A DNA stretch of 64,000 nt from Squalus acanthias (taxonomy: Eukaryota), in NCBI GenBank assembly GCA_030390025.1, contig CM059432.1, positions 120,778,001-120,842,000 on the forward strand, written 5' to 3'. Below the pieces are notes generated by a model, which saw nothing but the letters and a program-made list of their open reading frames with translations, was not told the origin of the DNA and did not search any database. Made by a program: the position numbers and the translations under genes. Position 1 is the first letter of the stretch; the number at the start of each line of letters is the position of its first letter. Positions 36,995 to 48,861 of this stretch are shown here, piece after piece.

Positions 36995-38662
36995 TGTAAA
37001 GTTTCGCAATTATCGCGATTCAAAATAACGAAGGAGAAGCAGATTCGTTTGATCGGTTTATTTAAACAAAATGCTGTCATGATATAAAGGACACAGAAGC
37101 CTGTAAAATGGCCGCCGCGCATCGTGGCAGAAGCTTCCAGAAGTACAGTGGGCAGACAAGATGGCGTTCGAATAAACATTTATCATACTCGATAAACACT
37201 GATAAAGACAGGATGCAACCTGTTTGCATTTGTGACAATAGCAAAAGATATGAGTGCTGGAATCGTTTTCCATGCACAAGTAAGGTTCATTGTACTGGGC
37301 AATCGAAGGCCCATCCAGACACAACAATACACAAATACCCCCACGGCTCTACAATGAGAGAGACATCGACGGGTGATTAAACGAGTATTCGGGGGCCCCC
37401 AAAACCAGTCAGGGAGACGATTCATACAATCCTGGCTGGGTCAACAATGGGGAAAACATTAACGGGTAGTTGACCAGTTTCAGGTGCTACCGAAACCCGT
37501 TAAGGAAAGAATCGCCCCATGCTGGGAGTTTCGAGCGCCAATTATTATACAAAGGACAAACATTAAGATTTGGGCGGGAGATAAGGGAACACAGCACTAT
37601 AACTATAGTGAACAAATGTCCATCGCGCTCTTGATTTTCGACTATTATTCGCTCGAATCGTCTCTTATTCTCTTATCTCTCGGCGAACCCTTGCTGAAGC
37701 TCTTCCTTAGAGCTGGACTCTGTTGACTCTGGACTTTTAGCCGCACTGGATGGTTATTCGAATGTTGGGTGGAGCTCAAACGGAACGAGCCGCCCCGACG
37801 AGGGCAAGTGACCGGGTGCACCATCCCGAGAGTCGGTAAACGGTGTCTGGACCCGAAGGCCTGAAAAGACAAGACGAAATGACAAGAAAAGAAGAAGAAT
37901 CCACATGCCGCCACGGTCAGTAAACCCCGACCGCGCCCGAAAATACCAAACTCATTTCTTGAATTCTACGGGTTACTGCACGATCCGATTTGGGTCCATC
38001 GAATTCCTCATAACAACAGGAAGACTTTTCTTTGAGTTCTACAACCGTGCCCGAGTTCTGTCGAGTTCTTCATGACAACAGGGAGCCCGGCCTGCTTGTC
38101 GCAGCAGCAAAGATAAACAAGTGGGGTGCAGAACCCCTCCAAACACGTGACAGTCAGGCGCTGCAGCGAAACGAGCCGAGTGCCTCACTTTAAAATTCTC
38201 CGAAGTATCACGAGTGGTGAGCATGTTTCCCGATCCTACAAATCTAGACGTAGTGTAGGTATTGATAAGGGAGGGTGGTTTTATTAAGGATAAAGTATAA
38301 TGTGTTCCCCTTTTTACGATGTGCCATGCGTTCTTCATTACCATAGACCAAGCTTTATGAATGCATGTATGCTTGTACTCTCGTTAATTTGCGCCTATGA
38401 CATGTACTTCATGATTTTGGACGCTATGCAATAAAGATTTCCATTTCGTACTATTCAACCGGTCTATCTGAGTTTGCTCTGCATTACTGCCCCTGCACCG
38501 AAGTCAGTGTTAGAACCGTAAGGGCGAGTGGGTCGAACCACTCACAGGTGCTTATTGCTAAAAGGCTGGCCGGAGACCAGAGCAAGCAATAGTATTAGGC
38601 AACGAAGGCCTAACCTCGCACCAGCACCGTCTGGGATACAAGCACGACAAAAACCCCTTACA
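36995..38662 (+). mobile_element. Solo LTR, 1668 bp
   Basis: TGTAA...TTACA termini, a 4-bp TSD ATGG (36991-36994, 38663-38666), AATAAA at 38430, and CpG-rich relative to the flanks. Confidence 0.85.
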
Positions 38663-38761
38663 ATGGCCTCAATGTTCCTGGCTAGCAAGGCAAAATAAAT
38701 TCAGCCAGCGTATTCCCTTCTTATAGTTGCCTCTGTTAGAAGTATGGAGAAGCAAAACCAT

Positions 38762-39000
38762 GGGGTAGATTTATGTCTGCATGCCTGGTGTAAAATAACG
38801 TCTGGGTGGAATGTAGAGAGGAAAATCGGGCGGGGAGGATTGCACACCCATTACAGAGCCCACCCAATTTTTCTTCCCATTAACTAAAATGGAAAGATAA
38901 TCAGGTGGGCTTCATTAGTGGCCTTCTATCCTTCCCAATGGACTTTCCTCCTTGCACTGTGCCCGAGTGATACTTTACACCCAGGCAATAGATCTACCCC
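38762..39000. mobile_element. Palindromic MITE
   Basis: TIRs ggggtagat / atctacccc; subterminal gcctggtgtaaa / tttacacccaggc. Confidence 0.7.
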
Positions 39001-39204
39001 AATCTGAGCCGTGAAGGGTCCCTGATACTAACCGTGCAGCCTGGTGCATGAAGAATGATCACGTTTACTTGGTGGAACTGAACCTCAGCATAAGGTGCTG
39101 CCTTCAGCAGAGGAGGGGGTAAGGAAAGAAACCCAGAGAACAGAGGAAAATAGAAAACAAACAAAAAATGGCAAATTCTATTTGTTATTTCTCTGACACT
39201 GCAG

Positions 39205-39640
39205 TGTCAGCTGTGGCTCAGTGGGTAGCACTCTCACCTCTGAGTCAGAAGATTGTGGGTTCATAGTCCCACTCCAGAAACTTGAGCACAAAAATCTAGG
39301 CTGACACTCCAGTGCAGTTCTGAGGGAGTGCTGCAGTGTCAGAGGTGCAATCTTTTGGGTGAGACCCTGTCTGCTCTCTCAGGTGGATGTAAAAGATCCC
39401 ATGGCACTATATTGAAGAAGAGCAGGGGAGTTATCCCCGGTGTTCTGGCCAATATTTATCCCTCAATTAACATCACTAAAACAGATTATCTGGTCATTAT
39501 CACATTGCTGTTTGTGGGAGCTTGCTGTGCACAAATTAGCTGCCGCGTTTCCTACATTACAACAGTGACTACACTTCGAAAGTACTTTGGGACATCCAAT
39601 GGTCGTGAAAGGCGCTATATAAATGCAAGTCTTTCTTTTA
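39205..39640 (+). mobile_element. Deu-domain SINE (SacSINE1-like), full length
   Basis: tRNA-like head, Deu core, and an L2-like tail (aaggcgctatataaatgcaagt). Confidence 0.9.
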
Positions 39641-39965
39641 TTGCTTTCAAATTTGTTAAAGGAGCAATTATCTAAACCTGACACTTCCTTCCCCACCTCC
39701 ATCCCACCAACTCTGAAATTTGAGGGCATGATTTTCTGACCATTTAAACTAATTTCCAGTCATGTGCTGACAATAGGCAAGGCCCCAAACTGGAAAACGT
39801 TTGGAAATGACCCTGTAGAAAATAATCGAACAGTTTAACACCGTACAATGCGAAATCTAGTCCTTTTATATTTGGAATATGAGCCCATGGTGCAAGGCAA
39901 TCTTTATAATTCAGTTTAGTTTGCACCATGACAACCAGCTGGGGACTATGCCATAATCTTACCTC

Positions 39966-40827
39966 TAAGATTTGGATCACTGGTCACATACAGATTACCC
40001 AAAAGATCTTAGGAGTCATAGGTCGCTTTATTAAGGAGCGGCAGTTTAAGTTAAGTACAACATGCAATCAAGATAGACATAGTAGACTTACGACTGTGAC
40101 AAGCAACTGGTATCGGTCCCAATTGGACAGACGGCTGTCGTGCGTGAACAGCTCTTCCCTTCAGTGTCTGTGTTAAAGGCTCTTTAGATATCTCTTTTCT
40201 CTTTTTCGGGGTGGGCCTAGGGTAGATTATGGACAGGACTATCTAACCTGTAAGGACTCTTCCTAAACCAAGGTGCCCAATGGTATGTCGAGTTCTTTGT
40301 CTCAACTTTCGGATGAAAACCCTTCCCTTCACAGGTCTTTCCTGTTTACACTTTCAAACGATTTCCTACTATCTCTCCCGTGCTTATCCTCCCAAGTTTG
40401 GAGTCAGGCATGCCATTCTCGGGTTCAGATGTTCGTAGCTGCTTGTTATCAGTTATTTATGTTCACGCTATTCATCAGACTACTATACTATGGAATGAAT
40501 CATTAAATTCCCAAAGATATCTTCTATTCTATGTCCTTATACTTAATTAACTTAAGCATTTTAAAGCAGCTTTGTTAAACAAAGTCAAAATCCTAACTTA
40601 GCATTATAATATGGCCAAATCAAAGATACAGTCAACAACCTTTCTAGCACACAAACAGCAGACAGCTAGTCTGGAAGCAAGGTCACCGCCACGGTGCAGA
40701 ATGTTATAACATCCGCAGGGAACCAAGAACATAAGCAAATTCTAAGCGTCTATCCAGTTATTCTAACACCAGTCTGAAGAGACCTTTTTTGTCTCAAGTT
40801 ATTTCTTCCAATTCACGATTTCTTACA
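39966..40827 (-). mobile_element. Possible second solo LTR
   Basis: The minus strand starts TGTAAGA, with AATAAA (minus) at 40027-40032 and CCTC on both flanks. The other terminus lacks 2 nt. Confidence 0.45.
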
Positions 40828-41332
40828 CCTCACATAAGAGTTTACCCATCACTCAGTTTGCTATTAATTGCCCTTTAATAACAAATAAAGCAAAATTAGA
40901 GATTGAGATCTCCTTGAGATTCAGAAGTGTCAGCAGTTATTGACATAAGAATAAATTGTCTTGGATATTCCAGGTCTTTAAATAACAGATCCAATATATT
41001 TTTTTATTGTATTGAAGGGAAAGGGAAGGATAATTTCATTCATATGTAAAGTTTTGGTGCTCATTAAAATGAAAGATGACAGCACAAGAGTTATTGATCT
41101 GCTGAAAGGTCAATACCTACATTGGAGATTTGTTTTTTATGACAGGTTGGCAGTACTGACCAGTGCTCTGTAAGTACAACTGATAGAGATGAGAATTTAG
41201 ATTCTTTTCATACAGAAAATCGCCTCCGATGACGTCATCGATGCTGCTGGATTTAAGGCCTGCAAGCAGCCTTGCTTCTTCTGGAGACTGGAAATTTTAT
41301 GACCATTGTTGTAAGCCCTTCGTTCATCCACT

Positions 41333-43273
41333 ATGTCCACCAGTAGGCCAAAGTGTGCTCCACGCTTCGATGAGGCCCCCCTCCAAGCAGTGGTGGAGGG
41401 AGCAAGATCCAATAAGGAGGTGCTCTTCCCTTCCCCAGGGAGAAAAAAGCCACCCCAGCAGACAAAAGCTGTGTGGCTGCAAATGGCCCAGGAGGTCAAC
41501 TCCATCTCTGAGCCGCAGAACCTGGCTGCAGTGCAGGAAGAGGCTTCATGACCTTCTCCGCACAGGAAAAGTGAGTATGACTTTCTCATCACCCTCAATC
41601 TCATCCCCATCGCCTCTCCTCACCAGCACTCTGCTTTGCCAACCTCTTCCTCCACATCCCACTTGACACTTACATCCCTGCACCCTTAACCATTCCCTCT
41701 CTCTCTATGGTCACATTCACTTAACTATTCGACCATGAAGCCCTCACACTCCCTATCATTGCAATGCAACGGCAACAACTTACAACACACAGGGAGGGCC
41801 CTTTATCTCCTTTTAAGCATCTATGCTATGGATTCTCTACACTCGCTCCTTCATTCTCACTCAAACTCCACTTGTGCCCCTCATTGCAGGAAAAGAGAGC
41901 CCACAATAAGAGGGAAAGAGCGAGGACAGGAGGAGGGCCACCCTCAGTAGCCCAGCTCACCACCTGGGAGGAGGCGGCCCTGGAAATTGCCACTGTCGAG
42001 GACGATTCCCAAGTGGGGGACGGACAGACGGGCGCATCACAACAAGCTGGTGACAGAATAATTTAGCATCTCTCTCATTGACATTGCATGAGTCACTGAT
42101 AATAATTCTGATGCTCTAACAGATTGATTTATGATCATCTGCACTATTCAATGTACATGTAACCTTGACCTCACATCTCTAACTCTTTCCTTTACTCCCC
42201 CACAGGGCCATCGAGAGCCCCCATCCCCACTGTCCAAGAGGAACAGCCTGAGCCTCAAGACTCCGCAGAGGAAGCTGCAACCTCTGAGGGCGCAGCATCA
42301 GCAGAATTCAGAGCACCCAGCACCAGCGCAGACACTCACACCTCGGTGGGACCTAAGCGAGAGAGAGTAGTGTTGTCACCTGATGTATCACAGCTCACAA
42401 GTGAGCATCAGCAGACAGTGGAGACAGGAACAGCAGTGGAGAGTCCTCGTCGGAAGGCACAGGACTCTGCCAGCTCGGCTCAGCTGCATGTCGACCCTGT
42501 GCCTCCGGGTCCAACCAGAAGGAGAGTGCTGCTGGAACTCCAGGAACAGGTGCAGGAGTCTCTGGAAGGTTTTGTCTCCAGGGTCGCTGCGAGTGTGGAG
42601 TGAATAGAGGAGTCCATCGCGAACATGAGCAGAGCCTTTGTGCAGGCATTGGCGCATGAACGCATCACCGTGGAAAGGATGGCAACCTCCGTGGAAAGGA
42701 TGGCTACGGTAGAGGAGAGGATGGCTACGGCCATGGAGCAGCTAAGTCGCCAGAGTGTTGAAAACATGGTAATTTGTTCAGAATAGACTAACATCTCTTG
42801 AGGAGCGATGGTCAGAAATTGAGCAGGGAAACCAGACCTTCATGGAAGTCCTCTGGAGTAGGACTTCCAGTGCAGAAATGGGTCCTCATGGCCCCCCTGA
42901 AGTGCAGCAAGGTGCTGTCAAGCCACTTGCTAGCTCTGAAGTGTGGCTGACCCATGAGAGGGATGTTGGTGGCAGACAACAAGGAAGTCGGGGCTCCTCT
43001 CCAAGCGCTCACACGACAATGCCAATGCAAAGCCCTGGGTCAGAGCCCCACCAGAGTCCTCACCCAACTGAGATCGGATTCTCAGCCCCTGCACAGCTGC
43101 AGGAGCAGCAGACTGTTGCTGAGCCCTTACAGGTTCGCAACCCCAGAGGATGCCCGCCAAAGGTGTCGAGACAGGAGCAGCATGAAAGCGAGCAATGGGC
43201 CCCCACATCTGCTGAAGCCATGGGGGAAGCACCACGTAGGAGCACACGTAAGAGGAAGATAATGCACAAGTAA
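41333..43273 (+). pseudogene. Harbinger Myb-like gene, copy C (exons 41333-41570, 41890-42049, 42206-43273)
   Basis: Same splice sites as copy B. 2-nt deletion in exon 1, CGA>TGA at 42601, frameshift near 42775. Ends RRSTRKRKIMHK. Confidence 0.88.
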
Positions 43274-43531
43274 TCACAAGGGTAGTCACTTGGGTGTTAT
43301 GTTGTGTTTATTTTTGAAATGCCATCAGTTGCTTGTTGTGATAAAAATTTCTGATGGCAAACTGTTGAAGTTGTGGCCTGTGTCATTTCGCAAATGGGAC
43401 TTCCACATTGAGGGCTTAGAGCGACTTCCAATTGTCACTATGGTGGTCAGAGTGATAGGAATCCGTAGGTTCTTGTCCATTGTCGATGCTCTTGTAAGAA
43501 GGTGCGAGGCAAAAGTGTTTGATTGTGCAGT

Positions 43532-43758
43532 CTAAGCAAATCTGGCCAACATGAGTGCATCCCTTGCATCCCAGGCAGCAATGTGGTCGTGCGCTGGCGC
43601 CTTCTGGGCTGTGCAGCTTCAGGAGGGTGAGCAGCAGCTTGGCGCTCCTGTTGTTGCTGCTGTTGTTGGTGCTGCTGTTGTTCATGGTTCTGCTGCTGTC
43701 ACGGCTGGTCTTCGTCCGAATCTGATGTCCAGGGGGAAAGGAAATAAATGGTCGCCAT
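43532..43758 (-). pseudogene. Harbinger transposase reduced to fused N- and C-termini
   Basis: MATIYFLSPWTSDSDEDQP..polyQ..PRRRQR is joined to sequence encoding DHIAAWDARDALMLARFA (compare the ends of 17325-18517). Confidence 0.85.
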
Positions 43759-44507
43759 GCTTCTGGTATATGCCTCAGTTGAGGAAGCACTCAGTCAAGG
43801 TGGGGAGAGGGGTTTCCCATCAGGTCACACTGGAGATGGGTGTCAGGCTCCAAACTTCCACAACAATGAGTATGCCTGCTCAGAGCTCTCCCCAGACCTG
43901 AGACAACAAAGTTCTGCCACCTGCAAGTGATCATTGGTGAAAACTCCTTTTTAATGGTGGAGCTGCAGCTATTAGTAAGCAATCCACTTGTGAGGCCACC
44001 AGGATTAACTGGCATGTTCAAGAGGAGGCGTGTAGGATGGGGGAAATGTGTAAAAATCAGAAAGGCCTCTCAAAATGGGATTATAGAGGCAATTAAGTGG
44101 TTGTTAAGGGCCTTAAGGGCCCATCCCACCTCTTGGAGGCGGGATGGAAACGGGGTCTGAAACCACGAATGAGGTAAAATTGCTCGGAGGCGGGATCGGA
44201 GCCACTCGCCATTTTTTTGCGATTTTACCACCTCACATGCCTCCAATCCCGCCTTCTCGGGCCTGGCAAAATCGAGCCCAATGTATCATACTAGTCACCG
44301 AACTGCTTCAGGAACTGCATTTGCCCAACTCAGATCCTCAAGTAAGTTTAAAAAATAAATAAAACACTGCTGCCAGCAGAAAGAGGCCATGGGCAACCCC
44401 TGGTCTATGCCAAGCTAGCTAGTCTTAGCCACAGCAGTAACAGGGTGCGACAAATAGCCTCAGCGAGGAAGGGTAAAACTCAACCAACATTTGCTATCCT
44501 GGCTGCT

Positions 44508-44700
44508 GGTGGGGGTGGTGGGTCTGGTGGTTCTGGTGGGTCTGGTCGATCTGGTGGGTTTGGTGGGACTGGTCATTCTGGTGGGTCTGGTCGATCTGGT
44601 GGGTTTGGTGGGACTGGTCATTCTGGTGGGTCTGGTCGATCTGGTGGGTCTGGTGGGTTTGCTGGGTCTAGTAGGCCTGGTGGGTATGGAGAGTCTGGTT
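44508..44700. repeat. G-rich minisatellite: 9-bp GGTGGGTCT subunits in a 45-bp higher-order unit
   Basis: Exact 45-bp period starting at 44531, 44576 and 44621. Confidence 0.9.
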
Positions 44701-45029
44701 GGAATTATGGGTAGGTAGATCTGTTGGATCCTGCTGGAAAATTACCCTGCACAGATACTAGAGTCCTATTTTTCAATAATGGATAAAATGGGGCTGATTT
44801 TGCCCAAAAATGCAGGCTTGCTGAGCTGGCAGCTCAGAGGGTTGGCCACATCAAATTTTCAATGGTAAAATGGAGACATCTGGGCAGCAGTGCTCCTTTT
44901 TATGCTGAAGGGCTGGAGGTCCTGCTGCAGGAGGTCCACCAAAGGAAAGGAAAGTGGCTCTATTTGGGGCTGAAGGCGACCCTCCAGTAAAAACATAGGA
45001 GCAAGCTGCATGCAGGAAGGTTGTCGACT

Positions 45030-46330
45030 CAGTCAATGCAATCGCTTCGGATCCTCATAAATGGCTCCAAACGAGGAAGAGGTTTGCTAGTGTCAGGAGG
45101 AATATGAAGGTACTCCTCAATTTTGCCCACATTTTCATGGGGCTTAACAGCCATGCACAATACCAAGTAGGAAGTGCCTGTGGGAGGCTCCATTTCAAGT
45201 ATTGTGCCAAAGCTCCACAGCACCAGAGGGATTGCAAACTGCATCCAGGTCAAAGTGGTCCTCTGGTGTTAGAGGCTGTCTAAGTGAGGTCGGCACCCAT
45301 GGAGGTAGAGAACAGCCCAGTTTTGTGAAGAGACAACCACCCTGTGTGCGTCTTCTTCTTCAAGTAATGCAGGCAAAATGAAAGCATTCTAGCTGCATCA
45401 TAGAAATGCATAATGTTAAAAGAAAAGTAGAAAGAACTTGAATTTATATAGCACATTTCACAACCTCAGGATGTCCCAATGCGCTTTTCAACCAATGAAG
45501 TACTTTAGAAGTGCAGTCACTGTTGTAATGTAGGGAAATGCGGCAGCCAATTTTGTGCACAGCAAGGTCCCACAAACGACAATGAGATAATGACCAGGTA
45601 ATCTGGTTCAGGGATAAATTTTGGCCAGGACACCAGGGGGAATTCCCCCGCTCTTCGAATAGTGCCATGAGATTGTTTACTTCCACCTTAGTGGGCAGAC
45701 GGGGCTTCAGTTTAATGTCTCATCTGAAAGATGACGCCCTCAGTGCTGCACTGGAGTGTCAGCCTAGATTATGTGCTAAAGTCTCTGGAGTGGGACTTGA
45801 ACCCACACTTTCTGACTCAGAGGCGAGAATGCTACCAACTGTGATTATGTAGTCAGCTATAGCAGGAACATTACTTGAGTACAAACACTTTCTGTTCATG
45901 AAGGTCATGGAGTCGATATGAAGAGTCCTGATGTCCACTTGGGTGTCATTTAAAACAAGCAGCCTTTGACAGAACTCTACCAACAAGCTGATGCCTCCTT
46001 TCCACAAAGTAATGAAAATGTTGCTTCTTACAAACATAATGTCCATCATTGTCTTGATGCAGATGTGAACTGAGGACTGCCTGATGAGGCAGATGCCCCA
46101 TGTGGAGGTTTAGACAAATGCAGTGGCATTAAAGCTTTGTGAAGTGGTAACCTTACCTTCTATGGGAAGAGCCATTCCTGTTCCAGATGTTGTCTGCATC
46201 TTACCCTGCAGAAGATAGTACAAATCTGTGACAGCTGCTCTTGTGAAATGGAGGTGATGAGGATAACCAGGGGTGTGGAGTGTCTATAAACATGGGTCCT
46301 GGGTAGTGATGTATCCGGGCCAAACATCTC
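45030..46330 (-). pseudogene. Very old Harbinger transposase relic (element E), interrupted by a SINE
   Basis: Peptides HVYRH, KVTT..F.AT, GIC.IRQSSVHICIKTMMDIMF and DTQV.IR...FMNRK...SSNV align with transposase A. Confidence 0.65.
45423..45840 (-). mobile_element. Deu-domain SINE
   Basis: Reverse complement matches the 39205 copy, with small deletions. Confidence 0.88.
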
Positions 46331-48403
46331 ATGCCGTATTGCACCTGCGTTTGTTGGCCCCTCATAAACTCCCGGTTCCTCATCCAAATCAATAAGTCTT
46401 TCAGCCTCCCATAAAAATACCCATCCTGGCCATTTAGTATAGTGCTATTTAATTCCAGCACCAACAGAGGTTAATGAAGGAAAGTATTGTAAGGAATAAA
46501 ACGAAGAAAACAAAAATGTAAAAATGGTGGACTACCCAGCAAATGCATGAGGCAAAATGCAACAAAATATAATGAAAAATGGAAATATAACTTTTACCAG
46601 CAATAAAAACTGCCACTGCCCTTTAAGCAGTCTGTTAGAACAAGCCAAGTCCCAGGACTTCCATGTGTCCAGTTTATACTAGAAAGGCACACACTGTGGG
46701 CAGAGCCTCACCCAAAGTCAGAAGATTCACTGTGAGACCTGTTTTAAATTATTTGAATATTTAACTGAGGCCTGCACAGGCTGGTGGTGCAGACTCTTTT
46801 TTTGGCCCCAGATCGTTACCAGAAATCAACCTGCTGCACCAGAGGAGCCTTCGAATTCCGGGCTTAGATGAGAAAAGGATTAGGCTTGGCTGTGATGTCC
46901 CTATGCTCAAATAGTCTGCTGACCCGCTCGCTGTGCTGACAAGGCATCTTCAGGAGAGGAAGGGAGAAAAGTGGGGAGTTAAAATAAAAGCACTGATACC
47001 TGTCTGTTGATGCAAATGCTTAGCCACCAGACAGAGAAAACTATGGGTAGTATATAAGATGTCAACATGCATATATGCACAGTGACAGCTTGGCCAGGAT
47101 TTTCTGCTTCAGAGCTCCTGGTGTATAAAAGGAAAATTCCAAAGCCCTGACCTGTAATTTTCAGATAGGACCATCGTAGTGGAAAATTCCTTGCCTTTGT
47201 GTCCCTAAGGTATGAAAGAAGTTTTAAAAGTAAAGATAAAATTGAAAACAAGAAAACAAAATTATCCAAATTGGACCAAATTTAGAATTCAGATATACGC
47301 TCACAATGGACTGTTTTGGGTTGCTCCAGATGTCATCTTTACTGTTTGATGTTACACCACTTTCAACCATATCCTTGTCTCAGTTCCATATATTGTCTGA
47401 CCATTTAACAGCTATGTGGTACCTCAGGACATACAATCAAGCGACATGTCATAGATTGTACCTGAATGCCCAAATCCCACCTTTCTTCGGTGCTATTTTA
47501 AGATTATGTGATTGATAAGTAGGAATAGAAGGCTAAATCCACTGATCCAGTGATCCCAATGGACAGCGATGGTTGAAGGGAGTTCAAGATAGGGCTACAA
47601 CATGTTAGCACCGATTTTCCAACTTACTCGCTCTTTGAGCATGGATCCCCGTGGGGATTGCAGGATTATTGAATATACCCTAGAATCCTTTTTGTATTGC
47701 TAGCCATTTCAGGGGCCCACTCTCTGTACAGATGTAAGTCCATCCAATAGATTTGCACTTCAAGGGGTTCCATTTTCTCACAAAACACTGCTTTTAGGCA
47801 TTTGCATAAAAAATAATCTTTCTAATATAGTCATCATTATGTTTATTTGAAACAATTAAAGGCTACTTTAATGAGTAATTTTAACAAAAAATGTCAAACA
47901 TTGCATGCCCAGAGGAAATCAACCTCCCAGTACAGATCTGCCCCATTCGATCCTGTGCTCTCCACTGCCTAACAGCTGCCATCTCAGAGATTTTTTACCA
48001 TGCAGATATTGGTGCAGGCGTTAGTCTTTAATAACGTTGGCATAGACATGTTTACGCTATTAGTAAACACTTAGTGCATTCACATGCATTCTTTTGTATG
48101 CTTAGTGGAGGCGCTAACTCATTATCAATTATTGCTTGCATTCAAATAGTGGACAGAGGAATGTCATTAGAATGCACTAAGTGTTTATTTCCTAATAACT
48201 GTAATTTCTAGCCTATTATGGTATGTAAAGGGTACTAAGTGGTAGCAATGGGATACAGAATTTATTCTGCTCAGGAGGAAATCGTACTAACTAATGGCAA
48301 TGCTAGAAGATCACAAGATGGTTACGGATGAAGGAGGTCATTCGGACAATCTTTGTTCAACCACCCAGAAAGATCTTAAAGTCCCCCCATTGGTTCTCAA
48401 ATG

Positions 48404-48421
48404 TGTCAGCTGTGGCTCAGT

Positions 48422-48452
<31 letters not shown>

Positions 48453-48861
48453 GTGGGTTCAAGTCCCAACTCCAGAGACTTGAGCACATAATCCAGGCTG
48501 ACACTTCAGTGCAGTACTGAGGGAGTGCTGCACTGTCAGAGGTGCCGTCTTTCGGATGAGACGTTAAACCAAGGTCCCGTCTGCCCTCTCAGGTGGACGT
48601 AAAAGATCCCATAGCACGATTCCAAAGAAGAACAGGGGGGTTCTCCCTGGTGTCCTGGCCAATATTTATCTTTCGACCAACATCACTAAAACAGATTATC
48701 TGGTCATTATCTCATTGCTGTTTATGGGACCTTGCTGTGCGCAAATTACCTGCCGTGTCTCCTTACATAACAACAGTGACTACCTTTCAAAAGAACTTAA
48801 TGGGCTGTAAAGGATGTCCTGAGTTTGTGAAGATGCTATATAAATGTACGTCTTTCTTTTT
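48404..48861 (+). mobile_element. Deu-domain SINE, full length
   Basis: tRNA-like head with B box ggttcaagtcc, Deu core, and tail. Confidence 0.9.

Larger units (their letters stand above)
41215..44279 (+). mobile_element. PIF/Harbinger element C: Myb pseudogene plus internally deleted transposase; left end missing
   Basis: Collinear with element B; right TIR aaaatcgagccc. 43390-44279 aligns inverted with element A. Confidence 0.9.

Noticed and set aside
38663..38685. Primer-binding site after the LTR (a-TGG-cctc)
   Set aside because: The ATGG is the TSD, the rest matches no tRNA 3' end I recognise, and no gag-pol follows.
39205..39280. tRNA genes at SINE heads (also at about 3680, 9509, 12620, 48404 and 62018)
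   Set aside because: Each runs straight into a SINE body; they are tRNA-derived heads only.
44445..44718. Gly/Ser-rich and hydrophobic ORFs
   Set aside because: They are by-products of a stop-free minisatellite.
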